From: Marsupella aquatica
Taxonomy: Eukaryota; Plantae; Marchantiophyta
Length of the DNA: 64,000 nucleotides
Direction: 5' to 3'
Assembly: GCA_973895155.1 (NCBI GenBank)
Contig: OZ316894.1
Location: forward strand, 8,332,234-8,396,233
Shown here in pieces: positions 1 through 9,600 of this stretch. The notes beneath the pieces are model-generated. The model searched no databases, was not told the DNA's origin, and saw nothing but the letters and a program-made list of their open reading frames with translations. Both the position numbers and the translations under genes were made by a program. Position 1 is the first letter of the stretch. Each line of letters starts with the position of its first letter.

Positions 1-1142
1 TTTATGGTAGTTGGGCATACTCATGAGGACGTTGACGGTATGTTTGGGAATTTTTCAGAGTCTATGATGCATAACCCCACATACTCATTGCCTGAGTTAA
101 TGTCCTTGTTCATGAGAGCAAGGACACCCAATGCAGTCCCACATTTTCTATAGGAGGTCCCAGATTTCAAAAACTACTTTAGCTCGATTCATGTTGAAGG
201 GCCCTGAGGCATTGGTGGGGCATTTAAAACCCAGGCTGTTTAGGTTCTATGTTTGTCATGATAGTATGCCATGCTTCCAATACAAAATGAAATCAACTGA
301 TCAGGGATGATTACCCAAGGAAGGTATTGAAATGTGGTCATGGAAAGATGACAAAAGTCCTCACATCCCAATTGGGGTGCCCAAACGGCTACCAATGATG
401 GAGTTGAAAATGCTTCCTGAAGTGCTGACAGGGTTGAAGAAGCATGTGTCATTCTTTGAGTTTATTCTAAAGCGAACAAAAGAGGAAGAACCAAAGCGAC
501 GTTGGACAACTCTCATCAATTATTGGAATGACATTGTAGATACTCTAGAGGGTGAGCAGATGCAATATGAACCTGAAGGTGCACACAACTTGGAATACAG
601 GTTTTGGCCTTTATCAATATGGAGAGAGCACGTTCCACCAGAATATCAAAACGTGGCATGTGAGTTGGAGGCAACAGTGGATTATGTGGGACCAGCAAAA
701 GATAAACCTCCTGAGAGTTTTAACCCTATGGTTGATGTTGTGAAGGGCTGTTATGTGTTGGTACGGCCGGACGACTCAGACCTGGATGTTTATCCCGTCC
801 ATATGGGGTTAGTTGTTATAGATGTGGTAGAAGGACCAGTGAATGAACAAAACCTTCTTACTCATGTATGTGGCGTTGAGTGGTTTAGACCATTTATGGC
901 AAAGAAGCAACGTGCATGGTCAATCAGACTGGCAGCCAAGAGAGCGGTGGGCAGATTCTTGGGATAAGAAATGGGAACGTGATCCAGCTCCAATATACAA
1001 GGAAGCTGAGACAATAGATGTTTCCTCTGCCTTGTGGTGTTTCAAAGCTAGCACGCAAAGGACCAGTGACAGGGCTGGTAGGAATTCCAAAGAATGTTGC
1101 TGCCAAGGCAAGAGACTATCTCTTGACATGCATAGCAAGTGA
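1..1142 (+). pseudogene. Degenerate DNA-transposase relic (GHTHEDVD motif; Sola-like/DUF7869-type), truncated by the window start
   Basis: Frame 1 reads FMVVGHTHEDVDGMFGNFSE...PHFL*EVPDFKNY with in-frame stops (151-153 TAG, ~205 TGA) and frameshifts into ORFs 332-967 and 843-1142. The GHTHED(V/I)D motif is recalled from eukaryotic RNase-H-fold transposases; the superfamily is uncertain. Confidence 0.6.
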
Positions 1143-2610
1143 CAAATCCTAGACAATAATGAAGCATGTAGTTTAGCATACAGTTTAAAAGGCAACTCAG
1201 AATAGTAGTAGCCAGAGAACTCAAGTTTAGACAAGTCTTATTGTCTAAGTTAGTTAGTTGGTTAGTTTATTTAAGATATAATATTAGTTAGTGGGGCCTT
1301 AGCTTGGTGATATTAAGGCATGATATTATTGACATTCAAATGAATGTCCATTAGACATTGTAATATACAACAATCCTATTAATTGTTGTAAAGAAACTAA
1401 CTAATTAAAGGGTGGTACTTACTATGATTGTAGGTCACGCACCCTGGTGCGTGTCAATTTTTTTTGTATTCAACCCTATAGTAATTAAATAGACAATTGA
1501 AACAATGAATGATAGTTTAATTAAGGATTTGTGCATGGATCAAGAAGTACTTGATGTCATTTAGTGATGCATTGTTATAAAGATCTTGCAACAAAACATT
1601 TGAAGTTTTTGACTATCCCACCAAATGTTAAAGAGGTTGATCATTCATTAACTAATAATATTTAGATAAAATTGGAATTAATCTAATACTTCAGTATTCC
1701 TTAAATTGGGGTTACATACCAGACATCTCTAAGAACTTGATTTCTCTTGGTGCTTTGGAAGCTGGTGGATCTCATTTCACTACACGTGATGGTGCGCTCT
1801 TTGTTGTCAAAGATGATATGTCTTTGATTAAGGTGCTATGGCAGAATAATTTTTACATCTTGGAAGGAGATGTCATTACTCCTAGAGTGTAGCATGTGGA
1901 TTCTGTGGCCGTGGAACGTTTGGATGTAGCAGCAACATCTGTTGTAGAGTCATCTTTGGCTGCTTCAATTGAAGCACCCTCCACATCTGGTCGCACACAA
2001 GCCATAGATTTGTGGCATGCACGGTTAGGACATTTGAGTGGTAAAGGATTGGCAGCCTTGGCAAACAGAGATTTGCTTCAAGGCACTCAATCTGGTAATT
2101 CTGCAATTATGGTTGTCTCAAAGGCAATATTGGAGAAGGTACTTGCCAAGTATGGAATGGAGAATGCAAAACCAGTTGGTACTCCATTGGCTTCCCACTT
2201 TAAACTCTCAAAGAATGATTGCCTTTCTAGTGAGAGTGATAGAAGTCCTGGCGATGAAACATGTTCCCTATGATAGTGTTGTGGGTAGTTTGATGTATGC
2301 AATGACATGCACTAGACCTGACATTGCCCACACTATTAGCATTTTGAGCAACTTTATGGCAAATCCTGGTAAGCTTCACTGGGAAGCAGTGAAGTGGGTT
2401 TTGCGGTATCTGAAAGGTACCTTAGATTGTGGGATCTTATTTGACGGTAAATGTGACTCTACATTAGAGTTGGAAGGTTTTGTAGATTCAAATTATGCTG
2501 GTAACTTGGATAACAGGAAGTCTACTACAGGCTATGTGTTTATGCTGGGTGGAGGTTCTATCAGCTGGAAGTCGGCAACTCAATCTTGTGTTGCGTTGTC
2601 TACTACTGAG

Positions 2611-2812
2611 CACTGGGCCCTCAGTCTTAACTAATACATGGAGGACGTGCGAACGCTCGAAGGGTAGTTTTTATTCATTTAAAACTAATAATTATAATTA
2701 TTACCGGTAATAAGGGAAATTTTAATGGTAAAACAAAAATAACAAGGGGTAAACACGAAAAGGGCCCGATTGCAGGGGGTCCACTTCTTTAACATGGAGT
2801 GAGGGCCCAGGG
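2611..2812. mobile_element. 202-bp hAT-type MITE inserted in the copia RNase H region
   Basis: TIRs cactgggccctca / tgagggcccaggg; perfect 8-bp TSD ctactgag at 2603-2610 and 2813-2820. Removing it restores the STTETEYM frame. Confidence 0.9.
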
Positions 2813-3223
2813 CTACTGAGACTGAGTACATGGTTACATGTGAGGCAACCAAGGAGCTGATCTGGCTACGGAGATTGGTGAGTGATCTGGGTCTTTCACC
2901 TGAAAGACCGGTGCTGCTGTGTGACAGTCAAAGTGCTTTGCATCTGGCTAAGAACCCTGTGTTCCATGCCAGGACAAAACACATTGATATTTGTTATCAC
3001 TTCATCCGTGAGGTGATTGAGACAAAGCAGATGTTTCTAGAGAAGGTGGCTTCAAAGGAGAATGCGACAGACATGCTTACCAAAGTTTTACCTACCAGTA
3101 GCTTTAGTCATTGTGTGAATATTATTAATGTTAGGGCCAAACCAGAGACTATGTAGATATGTTACTTAGTTACATATTGTATATCACCTGACTCATTGTG
3201 TGAACTGGAGTCAAGGTGCAGAT

Positions 3224-3516
3224 TGTTAGAAATTGACTCGAGTTCCCGACTTAGTTAGCTTGGCCTTACTAGGGTTAGTTAACCCTAGATTACATTAGGA
3301 TAAGATTCACTTAGTTTAGGCCCACTCATCTTGGCCCCCTTGGGAGGTATAGGCTGGAGGGAGAGCACTCTCTCCCTCATTCTTCACATGTACTCTCATT
3401 TGCTATGGAGCCTTCAGGAGTTTCTCCACTCTGGGTGCCTCGTCAGTGTAGCATCTGATTGAGTGTCCCTCATGTTTCCGCATTGCTGTCTAGTCCAGAG
3501 CCGACGGTTTCTTACA
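3224..3516 (+). repeat. 3' LTR of the copia element (~293 bp)
   Basis: Starts TGTTAGA right after the PPT and ends TCTTACA (TG...CA with a short terminal inverted repeat). Confidence 0.7.
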
Positions 3517-4096
3517 GGAAAGAGTGGCGAGGGCCGTCAGATGGGTCAAAAGGTGTTAGGTCCAAATGCAACTTTTGAATGAATTGGTTTTTTCAAGGGG
3601 AAAAAAAGGTGTTTGGTCCATAGGAACCACTCTTGGTGAATGTGCCTGAAAGTTAATTAAGTTCCTATCAAGAGGAGAGAAGCGGTGGCAAGCATGACTG
3701 TGCGGTACTTCATGGGAGTGTGCTGATCCTTTCGTAGCTTCCAAATCCCTTTTTTGGTTTGCCTTTTAGGAGACTCAGTTGTTCTACTCCTGGTACCAGC
3801 TCTCCCGGCCCTGCACTTTGACCTCTGGTCCCCCTGGGTGGTTGCTCCTTTTTTGGGCCCCCCTTTTTTGTATTCTGGCCATTTGAATGAATTTGGTTTG
3901 GTTTTTAAGGCAAAAAAGAGGAGTCCCCAGAATGGATGTTATCAACCAGGTTACTCGTAGCGAGGCAGTTGCACATAGAAAATTAAGGGTCATGTGAGGA
4001 AAAGTTTTGCTCACGCGAGTAAAGTTTTTACTGTTTCCTTGCAGGCTACAATATATGACCCAATTAAGTATCCATCAAGATCCCCAAGAGAAATTA

Positions 4097-4314
4097 TACA
4101 CAAATGAATGAAATTTTGATCAAGATCCCGGGGCCAAATCATGCATATAAATGCTGACCAAAAGCAAATCAGGGAACAGGGAGTGACCCTACTAGTCCTA
4201 AGGTTACACACAAATGAATGAAGTTTTGATCAAGATCCAGGAGAGAAATCGCGCATATAAATGCTAACCAAAAGCAAATCAGGGAACAGGGAGTGACCCT
4301 ACTAGTCCTAAGGT
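4097..4314. repeat. Direct tandem duplication, 110-bp period x2
   Basis: cacaaatgaatgaa...gtgaccctactagtcctaaggt occurs at ~4099 and ~4209. Confidence 0.9.
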
Positions 4315-4458
4315 CTTTGTGACTGGGGTGATGTCCCTTCGTCATCTCGTTAACTGTCGTCTGTCATGATTCTCAACTTGCCCCTTTCCCTCACACGTCT
4401 CCTCTGGATTCCACATTAGTCAGGGTGGCTACTATTTTATGTACTCACAAGCATAGGC

Positions 4459-4622
4459 CAATTATACGGTACGTTGGTCTGGCTGAATTTTTTGTCAATT
4501 ATACGGTACTTTGGTCTGGTTGAGTACTTTTTGTCAATTATACGGTACTTTGGTCTGGTTGAGTACTTTTTGATTTGTCAATTGTAGACTACTTAAGTCT
4601 GGTTGCGGAGTACTTTTTGTCA
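4459..4622. repeat. Minisatellite, ~38-bp unit x3-4, degenerate
   Basis: caattatacggtac(g/t)ttggtctgg(c/t)tga(g)ta(c)tttttgt is repeated. Confidence 0.85.
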
Positions 4623-4961
4623 TTTCTAGAGTACTTTCTGATTATTGTAGAAGTACTTTCTGGCTAATGTTCACTCTGATGCATTCCCTGGTCGCGAATG
4701 GAGCAGAATTTTTTAAATTTCAGCCTCAGTATCATTAGCCTGCCTGTTTTTCGCACACAACAATATGACATATCCTTAGCCTGCCTGTTTTTTAGGTGTG
4801 TGATTGGTTAAATTTCGCCCACAATAATATGGCTGAAACCACTCTCCACTACTCATCGAGAGATGGCGTACAAGTCCGAACATTCGCTGAATTTCACACT
4901 AGCGCATTTTTTTAATCGAAAAGAGAGACCACGCATGTAAAGGCGAATGTCACATACGTAC

Positions 4962-5283
4962 CTTCTGGATTGGCTCAAGTCCGTGAGGACCATGCCGAGT
5001 CGAAGGGCCCACCAAGGGACCCAAAGAAGTCTTCATCCTCATCGCCGTCCAAATCCATACCAGATTTACTACGTCGGGTGAGCTCATCAAATATCGAAAG
5101 TAATCAAATGATTCATTTGCTGGATCACATGGGTCGGCCAGGTCGATGCAATCAGATGATTGCCAGGAAATCTTTCTTTTTTTTCATTTTGGGATACTCC
5201 TTGACTTCTTGGGCCTCGTTGGTCTTCTTGGGTCTTTCCTTCCCGCTGGTCTTTCTTGGGGTCTTTCCCTTCCCCTTGGCCAT
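4962..5283 (-). pseudogene. Possible decayed first exon of a divergently oriented gene (Lys-rich N-terminus, acidic patch)
   Basis: Minus strand: MAKGKGKTPRKTSGKERPKKTNEAQEVKEYPKMKKKKDF, then stops, then FDELTRRSKSGMDLDGDEDEDFFG, ending at a GTACGT donor (4961). A homologous decayed segment lies at ~20150-20280. Confidence 0.35.
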
Positions 5284-6674
5284 CTTGGCTTTTTGGCAGT
5301 GTATATATATGCTAGGAACCCAGCCAAAGATCATAAGATCAAACTCTCCTAAGGACTTGCAAGGAACCCTGCCAAAAATCACAAGATCAAACTCTCCTAA
5401 GGACTTGCAACCAATGTAACGTCTTGCTGCTAGGACAGAGTATTCCTGGGAGTAGGCCTCCATTTCTCTAATTGTAGAGAACCTTCCTAGCTTAGTGTCG
5501 ACGGTAGTCCACTAGATCTGAATTAGATCTCAATTGCTAAGTAAGGTCGCTGGTAAGTTGCAAGCATTGACCTCGATCCCCGTGGCCGGAGCAAGTCAAA
5601 TGGGTCTTCGCTGCTTATAAGTGTTCTAACTACGTACTACCTACATACTTTTGTGAACTATGTACTAGCTACAGGTAATTTCGGGAAGCCATCAGCACTG
5701 CGAATCGAGGGGGAAATCGAGGCGCCAAGCCTGATTCGCGCTGAAATTCTCGTTGTTACAGACATCAAGAGACGAATTAAGTCTGCTGCAGATCGACATC
5801 CTACCATTCAATTGCATCACTTGAATCTTTGCGGTGGAGGGCATTTAGGGACTGGCACGATGACTCCTGTAGAACTGTGTACAGAGGAATCGATCCTTTT
5901 AAAAAACAAATCGATGTTGATGATTATGCGCTTGCGACCTGTACTGGAGTAGTGCTTCGATCGACGGACAATTAGCTCTCTTCAGGTTGGACTGGATGGG
6001 ATTGGGACGAGCGACAGAACCAAGTGCGCGCTGCTCCGGAGCCTGTTCCAGTAGGAGAGGTTGTATACAGCACGTCAATGTAGAAGAAATACACAATCCG
6101 GGATTCTACCAAATTTCCCTTCTTAATCAATATTGTTAGAGCTGCTGCAGGCACCATTTGATGAACGCGTGATCTCTGGGAGGGATCCAGGAGATAGGTG
6201 ACGTCGGAGATTTCGAGACGAAGTTATTTCGACTCATGCATGGGTGTTGATGGATTTGAGCACTTGGGCTCGATACGCCTTCATCGGTATTCACAGAAGT
6301 ATATAGATATCTGTACTCGTACTTGTGAAAATTGTGGGAATTTGTGTTGGCCTGAAGACAGCTCAGCGACTGTAGCCGACGGGAGAGGAGATAATGAATT
6401 AAGTTCGGGGGCCATTTGTTTTGCAGCTTGACATCGGCCCGTTTGGGTCTCGGACATTGAATTCAATGTGTATTGTGGTCAGAGGACGCGAATCTAGATA
6501 AGTAGCCAAACTCGGCGGTCTTACCACGTACTGATGCTCCAGACAATTTTACAGATGCCCATTCAGATTTAAATAAACATGATCAGATATTCAGATGTCA
6601 TAGGCACACAAGCAAATGTCTTGTTCAGGCTGCGGTCGGAGTCAGGGCTTAGACTGAGGTTGAGAGGAGCTCCG

Positions 6675-9600
6675 ATGTCGAAAGCTGGTTTTGTTCGAAC
6701 TTTGCTGCTGCTGCTGCTGCTCATCACTTCTTTGGGTCCGGTTTTAAGTCAAACTCGTGAGTTTCCTCTTCCCGGAGCTGAATTTTGATGCTCAAGATAA
6801 GGTGTATTGAGTATATATACCGATAGTCTTTTTACTCCTGAACGTTAGGACCATTTCAGTAGCTTCCAATTTTGTTTGCAGCTAGCTAGAATTGACTCTG
6901 TATTAAGGGATACCAGGGGGGGGGGGGGGCGCACTTTTAGCTGTGCTAAGGATGCTACCGTTTACGTCGATCAATATTTCCCGGACTCCCCAGTATGTGG
7001 AGCTTCCAAATGATGTCTTTCTTACGTCATTGGAGTCCGGACCTCTAGGTGCAAGATCGATGATTCAGCAGGTTTATAATTAGTTTCCCGTTTCTACGAA
7101 TCCATGCATGCCGGATGTATTGTCGACTAAATTGTGATGTTCGAACAACCGTTATTAGGGAAAGTGAAAAATTGAAATAAGAATTTCAGCGTTTATTGAT
7201 CTCTTAGCTAGGCTCGTAGGCGGAATTGAGTCGAATTTTTGTGTGTACGCTGGACAACTCCTCGACGATCCTCACATTAGGCCCGTTAGATAGCACTTGC
7301 ACGCAAGTCATTCTGGCTACTAGCTGTGACATACATGGACATGCCCTGAGCGTTCAATCCTGGATTTAGCTAGGATTTAGCCCAAACCCAACCTTCATGT
7401 GCAGTTGTTGATTGATTATAGATAGGAGGTTGAGTTTGCAGCACATACCAGATGACAGGTAGCAATATAGACCGTACAGGCTGGATTCGATAAGGCCGGG
7501 TAATTAAGTCTGCTAGAACTTGGGTTCGTGTCCAATTAAGCAGTCCATTTCGGGACATTTGATCGATGATCGGCAAAGATTCATGCACGAAACTTTCAAC
7601 CTTATCGATCATGGTATTTGAATGGCAGCTGTGATTGGATTGAGTATTGATTGCGGGAGCGTTGTGAACTACACCGACTCAAAAATTCAATGGGTCACCG
7701 ATGATGGATACGTCAGGACAGGGAAGAATGCACAAGTCTCGGCCAACCTTTCTGTACACAACCCGAGACAATCACAAACTTTGAGGTACTTCGACGAAGG
7801 GCGAGGGAGAGATTGCTACGAGCTGCCTGTGACGCCCCAGTACACGTACCTTATTCGTTCTACTTTTCACTATGGAGACTGGAATAGTCCAGAAAATGGC
7901 GGGGAAAATGGCACACTTTTCGATGTCTCCCTCAACGGCAATTGGTGGCTAGCGTTTGGACCGTTCATAGAAGGTACAATCTCATGTATATGGCTACTTA
8001 AGTCCAGTCCACCAAGCGTTTTCCGTATATGCATGCTGTTTATAACAAACGAGTCAAAGGAAAAATATCCTGCGGCCTCTTCAATTCTGCGTAAAATCTG
8101 GAAAATTCTGAGACGAAAGTGCCAGCTAGCACAGAGAGTTCCTTGTTAAATTGCAGTTACTTGAGTTTTCTCAAGAATTTTAATATTTTATAGTGTTAAA
8201 CGGCAATACTTGGCAAGAACTCGGACCGTACGTAAGAGGTACAATGTCATATAGCCACTTAATTCCGGTCCACTGAGCTTTTTAATTTATTTTTATATTT
8301 GTTTTTACAAGCGAATGAAAGGGAAAGTCTCCTGCGGCCGCTTCAATTCTCTGTAAAATTTGACAGCACCTGAAGGAACGAAAGTGCCAGCTAGCACAGA
8401 TCGAGAGGTCCTTGTTCAAGTGCAGTCGCTTCCGTTTTCTCAAGAATGTTGTAGTGTCAACGATGCTGCATAGTGGAGTACTGTCCTGTGACTCTAGTTG
8501 CAGTTCGTAGTTTAATTTTTGCCATTATCACCAAATATTCTTGAGTAATGAATTCGATAGATTGATACAAGCACGACATCGTTTTTACGAAGTAGGATGA
8601 AAACTCCATTGCTGCATTTACGTTTAGGGTAAGGAATCATATACTGGCATAACTCCGTGATCGGAGAATTTTGTGTGCTCATGACCTCAATGTTTCCAGT
8701 TCTTCTCCAGCATGGTTTCAATGAGGTTGATTGCTATTGCACGCTTCAAGCCTGGTGAATCGCTTGAGCAACGAACCCGATTCCAACATTGAAAGCTTTC
8801 CGACTCTTGGGTTCATGAGTTTTGTGAATTGTTCAGCCGCCAGGTCTTTCGTTCTGAAGCAGACTCTAAATGTTCGTGATGGCAATCCACAATCATACCA
8901 GGTGATCCAACTTATAACGCGTATTGGTTCGACGAGCAATTGTTTGAAGTGCTGGTGTACATCGAGGGTAACACCAACACCCTCGATTTCTGCCTGGTAA
9001 GAGTCACGGGGACTCCATTCATTTCCTCGTTGGAGTTGAGGCAGCTGGCACCTGGAATGTACACGACAGTGGTGGGGAACCACAAATACATGTCCCTTGT
9101 GCAAAGACTCAATGCGGGTGCCGATGCAAATGGTCCTCCTTACCTCAGGTGCGCTACGTACTTAGTTCTTAAAAGTTGTGATCGTTGCAGGGTTGCTGCC
9201 TTTGTCCATGGATTTCTGAACTTGTACTGTGTTTGTTTAGAGACCATAAAATTCGTGATGGAGTAGCTTACTGGAGAGCGTCAATTCAGTATCAATTATG
9301 CTATGAAACTCACGGATGAAGGAGGCCAGGGGGGAAGAATGAAACAAAAAGCCACGTCGATCAGAAAATGATCGACCGCCGCTCGTGTTGGAATCAGCCT
9401 TCCAATGGCCACTTTGCCGGAAACAGAGGACGCGTTCTACCTCAAATGTGATAATTAAGCAGACTGACCTGAAATATATAAGTTGCCATATTTAATTGGC
9501 CTGACTGACGCAGTGAAGTCTGCAGGTATCCCGATGATCAATATGACCGAATCTGGACAACCCCTACAGGAGGTTGGGACAATTCTACTCATATCAGGAA

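Larger units (their letters stand above)
1712..3516 (+). mobile_element. Decayed, internally deleted Ty1/copia LTR retrotransposon (5' part missing)
   Basis: YIPDISKNLISLGAL (post-protease region), LWHARLGHLS (GAG-pre-integrase), then a jump to the RT C-terminus (LWLSQ..PYDSVVGSLMYAMTCTRPDI) and RNase H (DSNYAGNLDNRKSTTGY, STTE.EY, CDSQSALHLAKNPVFHARTKHID). A PPT-like caaggtgcagat precedes the LTR. Confidence 0.93.

Noticed and set aside
1436-1465. GC hairpin cacgcacc-ct-ggtgcgtg followed by a T run, like an intrinsic terminator
   Set aside because: Nuclear plant DNA, a 2-nt loop, and no CTRR end at the expected spacing for a Helitron terminus.
4459-4622. ~38-bp periodic repeat resembling a CRISPR array
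   Set aside because: No unique spacers, degenerate units, eukaryotic context and no cas genes; it is a minisatellite.
7974-8149. ORF extensions past exon ends ([10 protein letters not shown]..; also 23606-23829, 13557-13756)
   Set aside because: Read-through into introns after clear GT donors; shared between paralogs only because the duplication is recent.
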